From positions 13,020,001-13,084,000 of the forward strand of contig CM120641.1 of the NCBI GenBank assembly GCA_051362555.1: 64,000 nt of DNA. Reading direction: 5' to 3'. Below, piece after piece: positions 25,108 to 38,284 of this stretch (its first letter is position 1; each line of letters opens with the position of its first letter). The notes below the pieces were generated by a model. The model made no database searches and had not been told where the DNA came from. It was given only the letters and a program-made list of their open reading frames with translations. Source of the DNA: Lingula anatina (Eukaryota; Animalia; Brachiopoda). Position numbers and translations under genes: made by a program.

Positions 25108-28100
25108 ACAGTAAACCCTTTATTCTTATATACTTACTAATGTGACATAGGTCTCCCTCCCAGCCTTCCTTACATATACACTGGAAGTCATCAATCTTAT
25201 CAATACAGGTGCCCTGGTTCAGGCAAGGATTTGGAGCACAGTCATTGATGTCTATAACAAAACAAAACAATGTCTCATGGGCATATCAAACAATAGTTCA
25301 TATCCAGGAGAAGCTATCATTGTTGTTGAATTTAAGTTCTCTTTACTCTAAAAGTTAACAAAATCAATCAAACATGATTAATTAATCACACACCACTGTA
25401 AATCCAACATTTTCCAACCCAATTGTATTACATGCAATATATAAATTATGTAATTTTAAATTCAGTAGGCTTACATTTTAACTACATTTTTTTCTCTCAG
25501 CAACACAGATATAATTTTTCACTCACTTTCATGACAATAGGTTCCCGTGTAGCCTTTATCGCAAACACATCGGAAGCCACCGTCTGCCTGGCTGTAACAA
25601 GTACCATGATCTCCACAAACTCTAGAAGGCACCAGCTGTATACCACCCAGGCTGGTGTTTGATGGAATGGGAACTGTGCAGCTGTCAATAACTGGTAAAC
25701 AGAATAAAATGATTCTTATCAACATTGTACTTATTCTTGTATTACATTAACTTGCCGTTATCTTGTGCTATAAAACTTATGGGATTGGATGCAGGAAGTA
25801 TTCGATAAATATCTCGCAAATATAAAGAGAATTTTAACATTGGCCATTCCTTATATCATGGTAATTGACATTCTTGCTTATATAAACATTTTGTTTAATT
25901 TTTAATGTCCTTTAGTGTCCTTTTATATACATGCATATTAAAATCAAAACACTAACCTTGGCATGTCTCTACTTCACACCTATACTTTGGCCTTGAACAA
26001 TTCTTGTCTTCGTAGTTTTCAGTGCATAGGCAATAGTAGTCATCTACCATGTTAAAACAGCGTGCCCCATTGCGGCAAGGATTTGGATCACAAAGATCAA
26101 CATCAACCTACAATAGAACATGAGGTTTTATTGACAAGGATATGAGGTGACCAATTTAACTGCTATGTATCACTAGAAGATATACCAGAAGCCAATTTTT
26201 TTAAAAAAATTCAATCAACTATAATCCTTCAATATATTCATTATACACCAAATATCATCATGCCAAAAGTGAAACAATTTTTGGGACCAAAAAGTTCCCA
26301 CAAACCAGCCAGAACCATGATTATAGTTTTTAATCCCAACTAGTAAGTGGGAAAAGTTGAACAATATATTTATGTTATCAGCTGTGCCAAGTAGTTAAAG
26401 ATATTGGTTCAGATCCTGTTTGAAAGATGATCTGAATTCTTACCCCTGTTAATAATCTGGAGATTGTGATAGAGACCAAAATACCATAAAAGCTGACAAG
26501 GAGCAAGTAATTATATACGTAATGCGTAATATACCCTCGCACAGAGTCATCTCAAATGAGGAAATCCGTTTCAAAACATCTTACCTCACAGTTAGTTCCT
26601 GTGTACCCCTGGGGACAAAGACAGCGATAAGAGTTGACAAGATCTTCACAGTGAGCGCCATGGTGACAAGGGTTACTGCCACACTCGTTGATGTTGACCT
26701 CACAATTTCTGCCTACAAACCCCTGAGGGCACTGACAAAAGTAGTCGTTCACCAAATCCTAGACAGAAAATTAAAAAAAAATGTTGATCAAATCAAATTA
26801 GAATTTCTCTAGCAAAAGAAAAAAATCAAAGGATGGAGAATCAGTTTCAGAAGTATTTCTCACCATGCACTTCATTAATTATGAGAATTCACATCAGGCA
26901 ATTTATATTAAATTTTGTGTTTCTACCACCAGATAACAAAAGCTGGCAATATGTACTTACTGTGCAAGCACCTCCATTCTGGCACTGGCCATGACAGTCC
27001 ATTATGTCTAAAGAAAAAAATAGAAGAAACAGTGATTAGCACTCCTTTAGCTTTGATGCACCTTTTACAAGATGTAAGGAAAAACATTGACCAAGGTTGT
27101 AATATATTAAGTTCTGTGCAATTACCATTTCTTTTTTGTTGAACAAATTGTTAAGTGGCTGTGCATGTGTGTGCTTGTCTGTATACCTGTACATGCAGAA
27201 ATGCATGTGAATATGTGTGAATTTGAAATGACAGAGAAAAGGCATGTTAATGAAATTCTAAATCCGTTGTCAAAGCCAAAAGAAAAAAACACTTGTCAAC
27301 ATAAATATAACTGCACATAATACTTACTGACATCACAGTTTTTCCCAGTCCATCCCACAATACAATCACAAACGTAATCTCCAACAAGATTGCGGCAGGC
27401 ATATGCATTCTGACAAGGACTTCCTGAACACTCATCTGCATCAAGTTGACACTGCGACCCACGCCACTCTGATTCACATTGGCAAAAATAGCCATTTTCT
27501 CTGTCATGGCAGGTACCTCCATTCAAACATGGAATGGACGCACATTCATTGATGTCTGAAAAGATTCCATAATGTTTGGCTTAAATATCATGTCAACATT
27601 ACTCACTGAGACTCAGATTGTGGCTCTTTGCCTTATAATTGTAGTGCACTTTTTACTGAATGGACACCTTTTTCTCAAATGATTTTTACCACTTAAATCA
27701 ACTCCTCATTCCAATGTTATGAAAATCACATTTCAAGAGTATAATTTTTCGTGTACTGAGGTCTGAATTATTAATAAAGCATTAGGCAAATCATTGAACC
27801 GTCATACTCACTGATGTCACACAGCTCCCCAGTCCAGCCTGGCTCACAGACACAAGAGAAAGTCCCCTGCCTCTCCACACATGTGCTGTGGTTAGAACAA
27901 GGTGATGGGGCACAGATGTAGTCAGCTAAAAAAGAAAAACATATATACATATCTTTTTTCATGCAACAAGAGAATGGGATGCTTTAGTAATATAGGCACT
28001 TGCTTTGGTTAATTTTCTCATTCAAATCATCAGTACATGTTATTTTTCCTTGGCATTACTTACTAATGCAGTTATCTTTTTTCTTAATTAGTAAAACTAG

Positions 28101-31100
28101 CATGTTATATGCCTTCATATTAATTGAATCAAAACTATAATAATTTTCTTTGTCATGAATGACTATCTGCTATGGAATCTTATCTAAATGCATAAGCTAC
28201 AAAAACAATACCTGAAAACATTTTATATCAACTGATTACCTTGTATAACATGCACACATTAAAAATCAATTTCCAACATACAACATATGTACATATCAGC
28301 TCAATAATCAAATGTTATCAATACCTCTCTCACAGTTGACCCCAGAGAACCCAGTTGGACAGTTACACTGATACTCATCAGGTGCTGTGTTACGACAGGT
28401 GCCTCCATTGAGACAGGGGTGCTTGTTGCCGCAATAATCTAGATCTGGAATGATTATCATCATTGCATATCAGTGCTACATATAGATATTTCAATTTCAT
28501 TGGAACTATTTGCTACAATACAGGAAATTTTTGAAATTACATTTTTTCTCTGCTGATAAAGATTATACGTGATGTGAAAATATGAAAGCAGGTTTACCAT
28601 TTTGCAACTAGCAAAAAGGAATTGAAGCTTGCCTGAAGAAAACATACATATTTATAAAAATTCAGATGGCATAAAAGCATTTTTTGCATCATTTTCACAG
28701 GTGACTGGGATGATGCTATTCAATCTGTCTTTCACAATAACCTTCTTTGATGTTATAATCAGTAATTGAAGGGGAGGGAAATTATAGTGGAAACCCTGCT
28801 CAGTTATCGCACATCACAATTGTAAGTGAGTTGTCATTGAATTCCAACACTGCTTTGAACTTCAGAAAATTGCCACCCGCATGCGATTTCTACGTTTACA
28901 AATAGCAGATTACAACATAACAAATGTATCACCTTTGTCACATAGGATGCCTCCCCAGTTGGTATCACATATGCACTGCCAAGGAGAACCTTGACAAGAA
29001 CCATGGCGGCAGTTTGGATAGGGAATACACTGGTCACAGAGTGGGCCCTGCCAGCCAAATGCACAACTGAAATTTTTAAAAAGTATAATTGCTATGTTAG
29101 AAAAATAATATCCAACAGATAATTGTCAATTCCTGATTTTTTTTCTGAGGCTTCGTTCACATGCAATGTCTATTTTCTAATTTCTATTTTCTATTTACGG
29201 TATGTCTTATGATCACGGTCTGTGGCCTGAATATCCCGCGGCGTAATTACTGGCAGCGCGAGCCAGTTACTATAAGTTACTATAAGTAACTGGCTTGCGC
29301 TGCCAGTAATTACGCGGCGGGATATTCAGGCCACAGACCGTGATCATAAGATAGCGCAAATAGAAAATAGAAATTAGAAAATAGACACTGCATGTGAACG
29401 AAGCCTTAATGAATTCTATTAAGCTCTATAGTTGGGAATTTTGAATATCAATATGTCATGCATTTTACAAATTAAAGGTACCCCTAATGACAACATAAAA
29501 ATAAAAGCTTTACTTGTAAAATTTTACATTATCTGAAATACAAATTAAACAATTGTTTTTATATCAATGGAACTTTCAAAAATATTTACAAATATTTAAT
29601 CAGACTCAATGTAAAAAAATGATACTTTATATTTCTGTTATTTTATAAAGTTTAGGAAAAGAAAAGGTGTAAGTGATGAAAACAATAATTGGAAAACCAC
29701 CATATCAACTATCAGTGCAGTCGATTAGTGGTCACCCAGTAGCCTCTGGGGCTTTTTAAAATGACCACCAGAAGGTATAAATGACATCATAAGCACTTAA
29801 AGGCATCTGAGTAAAGCAAAACTTCTGATAGGATTTGGGGACCTTTCCCAACTGTTGATGAGAGCTTAAAGCCACCTTATAGTGCCTTAATCTTCAAGTG
29901 AACAGCATTAATCACATTTGCCAAACATTCTAAGTAGATAAAGAGCTTACCAATGGACAAAGGTATCAAACAATATTTGGTATTCATGATTTTATAGGGC
30001 TTGAGCGAGATTTGTAAATATGGCTGGTGTACATGTAGACTTTTTTAGGCACTATAGAAACTTGTTTTTGGCTTGAGGTGTTTGTTTCCAATTTTGAGAA
30101 GAATGGGTTTCAATTACTGATGAAATAAAATAAATTCTGTACTTTTAACCTTTCCAATCTGGATTTTAATCTGTTTTGACTTCTGTAGTTTTTTACCCAG
30201 ATTCTGGAACCGCAAAGTAATTTACATGCACTGCAAGCTTGTCGCTCTCACATAACTCATGGATATAAAAGTGCATTTAATTTGTTTTTTTGCTGCTAAA
30301 CCATACCTAGATCAAAAACTGTACAACAGAGGCCTGACACAGAGTCCCGTTTAACTACTTTAAAGCTCGAAGCATATTTGCAACACCTGTGCCATGACAG
30401 TCAAACATTCCCACACTACGCCACTGATAAATGACTGTTTAGATCCTGTTACTATAACAATCAGCTTCTAACTGTCGAGGAAGGGGTGACAGTGTGGCCC
30501 CTTCACCTAAGAAGCACACAATTACAGTGTACACCTCAACAAATTGCCATCTAGGTATCCACGCTTGTGGCCTCACGCATGCTTCACTTGTCACAGGCTC
30601 AGACACTGTGGGGAAACTTGAAACTGCCTATTTGTTTTCTTTATCACAAGTTGACAATTCAACAATTTGGGTGAATAATACTGCCTTTGGGCCGGCACTA
30701 TGTTTAATATGCAATGTAGGGGTCATTGACTATTGTCACACTTGTTTGTTCTATAGATAAAAACTGCTTGTCCCCTCCCCCAAATTGAAACTTCTGCACT
30801 CTATTAATCCTAGAGGTCATTGGATAACAATAGCTCAACGTGCCTATAGTATAGGCTCGAGCAAACTTTCTCACGGGAAAAATCAGCAGTGCTGAATGCA
30901 GTTTGTGACTCACCTGTGCATGACGCAAGGGGGTTTATTTTTCACCTGTGTTCAGAATAGGATCTGGGGCACCTCCAGTCCCCCCTTACATCCCTATCTG
31001 TCAAGTCCCAATTGTGAAGGTAATCAGGACACAATACCAGGCAAATATAAGAGCCTGATCGAAACCTTTGATGATGAATTTGATACAAATATTTATAACT

Positions 31101-34100
31101 GAGCCTGTAATAGAGTGGAAGGACAGGTGGATTGAGCAGGAGGGGTTGGGGGGGGGGGGGAGGAAGGTGGGGTACTAACACCTGTTGGCTGAGACATGCT
31201 TATACATGATGAACCACAGCACATTCCATTGATGATTCCCCTTGATTTATTCCTATCTGAATAATATCAATAATTAAAAATGAAATAAAATAAATAAAAG
31301 AAAAATGAAATTTAAAAGAAAAAGTAATAAAAATAATCAAGCATTTGTGTAGTGATAAATAAAAATAGATAAGAGAAAATCTGCAACCTGAATCTTTTTT
31401 TAAAACATTGTTCATCGTATTAAAAAAGATTATGACAAGGAAGTGAAATGTCAAATTGATACTGTGTAATCATACACATTTGGTATGTTCACATATTATA
31501 GTATTAAATGATATAAATCAGTACCACACATCTGAATGAGCAGCAGACATAATTTTTTTTATATTGTCAGCCTAAATTATCAGATTACCATAAAACAAAA
31601 CCACAAGTTGGCACGAAGTCATGATTAAAAATATTTGTTCTCAAATTTCCAACTGCAGATAAATGGACCATTAAACCCTCCATTAACCCGCCATGTCTAC
31701 ATTAACAATGTATGGCACAATCCTACATCATCACCTGAATCAATGGGGATTTAAAAGAACATACCTGTACACTGGGGCTTTGTGGAAGTGTGGGAAAATA
31801 GAAGAGTAAGCAAACATGCTCAGACAGTACAGGACAACAAGGGGTCGTATAACCAGACCAAACAAACCACAGCTTTACCTATTGGCACAGTTGAATTAAA
31901 AATATAACCTTAATGCAGAATGTGGTCAAAATATGTCATTTTATGCATCAATTATTGTTAACTGAAGTGAGAATTTGAAACCTAAAGAAAAAAAATAGGT
32001 ATTAAGATGTACAAGGTGCCTAACAAACATATTAAACGACCGAGTGACATACCATACAGGTCATATAATGCAACACCTACAGCAAGGCTGATGGTGGAAT
32101 GTGCATTTTCAATGGAGAATGTATTCATATAGAGATGGCAAAGGAAAACTTGGTATTATCCTTTAGTTAAAACAGGCATCAATATCAGAAAAACACACCT
32201 TTCTATTGTGTGGCCAGTGTCCAAACATTTACTTTCCATATTTGCTAGCATTTCTTTAATTACATGCCACCTGTGTCAATGGAGTATTAAACACTAGAAT
32301 GTTGAAACCAGAAATATGGACATTTGGTGACAAATAATTACTTTTCACATGAATAAATTTAAGCATTGCATAAGGCATAGATAAGTTGTCAAACAAAATA
32401 TATTAAACAAAAAACTGAGCATTTATATAAATGTGGAGGGGTTAAATTCTAGTAAATTTTTAAAAGAAAAGATATTATTTCACTAAGTGGTCTTACATCA
32501 TCACTCACGTGTTTGGTTTTATGATAAAATTTCCATTATCTACAAGGTCCCTCCCAAACACAAGACTTTTAACTTTAAATAAGATCAAAGGGCTCAGATG
32601 AAAGGCTGTGCTTATTTTGCTCCTCATCTCTATCACTTTTATTGTAACATTATTTTTGATCTATCTCATGAAAAATATTTTCTACAAGTTTGGTGTAAGT
32701 CAAAAATCAAGAATTGGAGTGTGAAATAAAGTAAAATGTTTTTTGCCAGCTGGATAGTTCTTTTTGGTCTGCAGAATGTTTCACATGGCAGTTTTTTAGC
32801 ATCTTAAACACAGGTCACAAATCACTTAATGCCAGGGTTTGTCCTCTGTGTTGATGAACTTTGTGATAAGACATCACATTCATTATGTTGTTTGGAAGAG
32901 ATTTTTCCCCTCTACAATCCGTTAGCTAGGTAGGCACCCTCTGCTGAAAAAAAGCGTGGGAAAGTTCTATGAGAGGAGGTAGTCGATGTAAATCATGCCC
33001 AGGGACAGTCTCAAATGGCAGAATGGGGCAATCACCCAAGACCAGTCCAAATTGAATCTTTGCATGCTGGGAGTTATTCACTTGCCTAAAATCATCCCAA
33101 CTGGATCACATCACTACTTTTACTGCTTTTAAATATATAATACTTTTATTACAGGGTCACTATGCTCTTCACAGCTCAGGTACTCTCAGCACATGCCAGG
33201 GTCCAAAGTTACATGAACTCAGTCCTCCACTGTTTTGGAGACCTTCCCTGGTCCTGTCACTCATAATAGGGAGTCACTGCACATAAATCATGCTAACAAC
33301 TACACTTAATAGACCCTCATTGCCTTTAATACACCTGGGTCTAACCTGCCTGTCATCACAATGTTACAGATTAAGTACTGTAAATAGACTCCTCAAACTG
33401 ATCTCACTGAATTTACCCCTATGCCTTATTATTTGCTTGGTTGATTATAGGGGCTATGGCAACCTAGCCACCACCACATTGTACCACAAACATGTATTCT
33501 TACTGAGCAGTTCACATAAGCTTATCATAAAATGTGCTTTTAAAAGAGATTCTGCAAAAATAAACTGAAGTCCTTGACCCGCTACAACTCTTACAGGGCC
33601 AATTTTTTATTTCAAGTTTCAAACCATCTGTGCAAATTAAAATGCTTTGTGATATGGGGGTTTAATCCATTTAAGTAATTTTACACACCCTATACTATTA
33701 GTACAACAGTTCTAAGAAATGTGACTGTAATCTAAGACATGTGAAATAATGTTAGATGTGTGAAGGCATGGTTGCAGAAATTGCTTGCATTTCACTGACA
33801 TAAACAATTGAAACTTTAATTATTCTTACCCCTGAAAAAATGCTACCAGCTATAAATGTAAACTGAACTTTGTGACTGCTTATTTGGTAATGTGGGAATA
33901 TACATTTTTTTTTTTTTTTTTTTTTGCATAACTGCTGATGATAATTTGCTATGGGAGGGCTTAGAAGGATGAAAAAAGGAAAGTGAAAGGAAATTTGGGC
34001 AGTGGGGCTATATCCCTACCTGCATTCCCCTGGCTGGGTGCATGACCCATGGATGCTGTGGCAACCCGTTCTACAGATAGCTGGAAAAGCAAACAGATAT

Positions 34101-36613
34101 TCTTATGTATAAATATCATACAGGACAATAGCTTCAATTATTACAGACTTGTAATAGTTCTTATTACTATAAACAAAATAAATAAACCTGTCTATTGTTA
34201 AAAGCAAAGAATGAAGTTAATGAAGCACAAAATGCAGTGAAAACTAGACATTTTTCCTCTATGAATCAACACAATAGTCTTATAGACAAGAGAGAATAAC
34301 ATTAATTCCACAAATAATACAGCCTGTTATAGGCAATTCTGCAAGACCAACCCAGCAGACTTCAGAATTCACAAACACAGCAGTATGTGATGTTGGATGC
34401 AATGTAAAAAGTTTACCTAAGGCCACAGGCAGCCAAAGGCTAGCATGTTTTCTTTACCTGAACACGGCATTAACTAAAAATTTATTAGGAAAATATTTGG
34501 TTTGGGGGTTACAGACGCTAACAAAGTCTTGATAAGCACTGAAGGAGAATGCCTGGTGTCACAATTGCACTTAGTGTTCTAAAGTCAGTCCTAGTGACAT
34601 AACTGGGATTAGAGGTCTACATGACCACGTCCAGACATGCCTATGAGACTTGGCAAGGTGTGCGACACCAAAGATAAAACAACACGGTTGTAACAGATTA
34701 TAAAGACATGTTGCAGACTAACGAGTAAAATGCAACAGCTTTCTGTAATACAGAAGTATTAAAAAAGTATTAAAAAAACATAAGTACCATTTTTCTTTTC
34801 AAATTTGTGGACAGCCCATCTGTTGTGAAATTTGCATTTTTATAATTTTTCTTCTGTGATGTGTGTGTGCGTGTATGGGGGAAGAGGGGGGTGTAAAGGT
34901 GTGAAAGATAAGAGCAAAAATTTTCCAGTATTAAGGATAATATATGCTATAGCTTTCTTTCAACCAACCTGGATAAAAATGTAAGAGTTTATCAAACTTT
35001 ACACTGTGTACCTTTCTGAAAAAATGTCAATTTTTGATAATTTATAAAACATGCTGAGTATTTCTATTTTTAAAGACAGCAAAGGGGGGAATGTTAAGGC
35101 ACAATTATGTAATCCTGTTTGTTAATTTTAAAATTGTCTGTAAAGGGGATATCAAATGTATAGTGATTTTAGTCAAGATAGGTTGTGCTGGAATAGATAA
35201 GCTCAACTTGATGGTGTACATCATTTAAGGTATTTCAAGTCTGAGCACCTCAAAATCAAAATTCCCTCTACGGCTATATTTCAAACGGAGTATAAAAAAG
35301 TATTATGGGATGTCATCAATGTAGTCAATCTATGCTTGCAGGAAATACAGCTTCAACATCTCTTTAACTGTGTGCAAAAACATCAAAAAATCCCCAGAGG
35401 CACAATGTGAACAGAATCAAATGCGAGGCATATTTCTAGACCCCATTCAGAAAAACACATCGTACTAGTTAGGTACATCCAACTCTGCAGGGATTCACGC
35501 TAAGTGCAATCAGCAGAATCAGCTTAATTGTCTGATACACCTCCTCAAGCAGCTAGGGGGTAATAAAGCTGAGCACACCTGAAATTTAATTACTCGCTAG
35601 CTTCTCAAGGGCCCCTACAGAGTAGGACTGTCCCAGCTAGTAGATGTGTCTATCTGAATGCTCCCTTATAAACACCAACATAGAAGCCATGTATAATTCC
35701 ACATCACAGCAATTTTCCCAGCTGTGTCACTCTTTCTGGTAATTTATGCTATACTATATTTTGTTTTACACATGTTATGTTTTCTCTCCAACATAATTTG
35801 TGTCAGCTGTAAGAGAACAAGGTTTACCCTACAGACACACTAATGCAGTAACATGTTTTGGCCCCTCATTTGATGTCTGGTTTTTCAAACATTTCGTGAC
35901 AAACTTGTCAAGCCCCATACTGTTTTATAAAAGACATCCTGCATCATTGGCCTCCTTTGCTCTTGAACTCTGTACATATATGGCATTTGACATATGTAAT
36001 ATCAATTTTTAAAAAACTGACTGCAAGTAATTTATATTGTCAAGTCCAAGTTCATCTACTCGTAGAAACATAAAGGCAACACTAAAAGGACACCTTTCCA
36101 TTCCTGTTTAATTTTTTCAGCACCTTTAAAAGGATTGTCAGATGAACCCCAGAAATATCATGCAAGTCATCTACTCATCAATGAATCTGTTAACTAAGGC
36201 CATAACTTGTGAAATTTTTACATATGAAAGAAACGACAGCTGAGAATTATCCCACATGTGTGTTGACATAAGACAATGGTCGATAATTTACATGGCACGC
36301 ACTGGTGGGTAATTAATACACATTATCAAGACACCAAGAAAAGAGGGCTACTAATGAGTGGTGTACTTTTCCAATATCTGGTCATTTGTATCGCCTATCA
36401 ATATTTTCCAGAAATTGTGCTAAGTAAAGTCTAAACCTCACAGTCCAGGGGTAGACTACGTTATTAGTGCTTCATGGTCAAGAAAATATCATATTCTTTA
36501 TATAGTTATAATTTTCTGACGGAACTAAGACATATTACACAAAAATGGGAAAAAAACTCCAAATATGGAGGAAGTGTGGGCATAGAGATGTGTGCGGACA
36601 TACATGTGTGTGC

Positions 36614-36669
<56 letters not shown>

Positions 36670-38284
36670 ATGTGCCTGCAAGTGGCCATCAAATCAAAAT
36701 CTTAACATCGTCAATCTAACTGAAACATTTCAATATTGCAGATTATGCATTTTGACCATCTACTAAACTTGCATGACTCCAGTGGTTGAAAGAGTTTTAA
36801 AACATCAGTAACAGTGTGTAAGTAGCGTGTTAATTGTCTTTTTCTGACAAAATACAAAGTGATTGTTCAGCATAAGCAATAACTACTGAATGAGTTAAAG
36901 ATTGCAGAACCCCATTATTAGAAAAACTTGCAAGGTGTAGAAACATCAAAGTTAACATAAGTTTTCCATCACAATGAAGGTCTTGAACTTACTTATTAAA
37001 TTATAATATTGTATTGTTATCTCAGGCAAGCAAAAAAGAGAACTTAAATAATTCACATGCAATGCCACAGATACCTCCAATAGCAACTTGTTATCTAATT
37101 AGTAGATAGCTGATAGAACAAAAAAATATTGCACTAAGTCACATCTATATGAAAATCAATAACAAATATACCCATCACCAAGTAACAGTTTCTGTGGTAA
37201 AACTTACTTTTTGGTGGTTAAAAGATTCATAAATATAAAATTTATCTTCTAAGTGACCTTCAAATTCTCATGTCTTGCTATTTTTTCTTACCTAGCAACA
37301 CCTAAAAAACACTACTAAAAATGTTTTCAAATTGACAGAAAAACTGGATTGGGGGGGGGGGGGTCCATTAGGTCACTGCATTGGTTTAATGATATTAATG
37401 GAAAAAGATGCTTTTCACATTTGTTTGTTTTGAGGATGTTTTATCTTAGGATTTGTTCAATTCATGGAGAGATTATAACACATCAGAAGAAAAGTTGACT
37501 GTTATCACAGAGTCAAAGAAGGTAGCTTCAGGGTATGATGTAATTTCAGAGTATGATGTAATTCACTATCACAATAAAATAGCACCCATGTTGAATATAT
37601 TTCCAAAATTTAACATTATGTGAAGTCCAGTCTTAATGTTTGAAAATGATACAAAATGTTACGTTTCCTCTACCTGTTTCACAGTTCATTCCCATCCATC
37701 CTGGCAGGCACACCTTATCTCCATTAGCGTTACATTCGTAGTGGCCAAACTGATCATTCCGTGGTCGACAAAATTTGTTGCATGTTGTGTTGTAGTAGAA
37801 GGGGTCACAGACTACTCGAATTCTGTAGACAAAGCTTGCGGTAGGTCCAATATGTGTCAGAGTGTGCCAGTCCTGGCCAGGAAGAATGATTCCTGAATGG
37901 GCAGCTCGCTCGATCATAGCATTGCCATCTATAAAATAGGTGGGGCAATTGTTATTTCATACTTTGCATTATTAGAACATTTATGAAAAAATGTCAACAA
38001 GTATAAGTTGTCTTTTTTATCAAATGCAAAATATCAGTAACAATAAAAGATTTAAGAAATTAATATGGCATTATAATTTTATAACAATTTTTTAATATAA
38101 AGGGGCATGGACAAGACTGAAATTCTATCAAGAACACCATTATTTCCAATAAAATTATACTCTCTCCTCTATATACAAAAACTTTTTCATTTCTAAGATT
38201 TTCCAGACATAACACTGGCTTACTTCCCAGCCCTGGTGTTGTTCCATCCAAGTCCCAAGCTTCCAGTATCAAGGTGTATGAACG
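20276..38284 (-). CDS. JAG: Jagged/Serrate-type Notch ligand; 5'-partial, signal peptide and most of the N-terminal C2/MNNL domain lie beyond the window
   Basis: 22 phase-consistent exons: 38284-38224, 37928-37674 (DSL: [32 protein letters not shown]), 34080-34020, 29066-28933, 28444-28325, 27925-27812, 27555-27328, 27007-26961, 26758-26585, 26107-25957, 25691-25527, 25251-25138, 24842-24729, 24451-24338, 24073-23929, 23671-23586, 23277-23164, 22830-22706 (VWC), 22420-22139, 21816-21685, 21374-21188, 20745-20276 (TM and cytoplasmic tail ending EEIVV). 3393 nt; 16 EGF repeats plus VWC identify Jagged/Serrate rather than Delta. Confidence 0.96.
23086..23118. repeat. (TG)n microsatellite
   Basis: Visible in a Jagged intron. 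Confidence 0.9.
25020..25106. repeat. (TG)n microsatellite
   Basis: About 43 TG units. Confidence 0.95.
29149..29405. mobile_element. Fold-back MITE, almost entirely palindromic (PIF/Harbinger-like ends)
   Basis: GGCTTCGTTCACATGCA...TGCATGTGAACGAAGCC with ~120-bp arms around AGTTACTATAAGTTACTATAAGTAACT; flanks TGA/TTA. Confidence 0.9.
30350..31200. promoter_or_regulatory. Candidate intronic enhancer of Jagged (CSL sites plus E-boxes)
   Basis: GC-richer non-coding block with TTCCCACA (30408), TTCTCACG (30868) and CACCTG/CAGGTG at 30384, 30911, 30943, 31124, 31179. Confidence 0.35.
35437..35665. mobile_element. Highly degenerate relative of MITE family A
   Basis: Shares GGATTCACGCTAA, CAGCTTAATTGTCTG...CACCT and GGGGTAAT blocks with family A interiors; termini eroded. 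Confidence 0.4.
36605..36668. repeat. (TG)n/(TGCG)n compound microsatellite
   Basis: Directly visible. Confidence 0.9.

Noticed and set aside
36474-36766. Cys/Val-rich ORFs (also at 4764 and 23059)
   Set aside because: Translations of (TG)n microsatellites.
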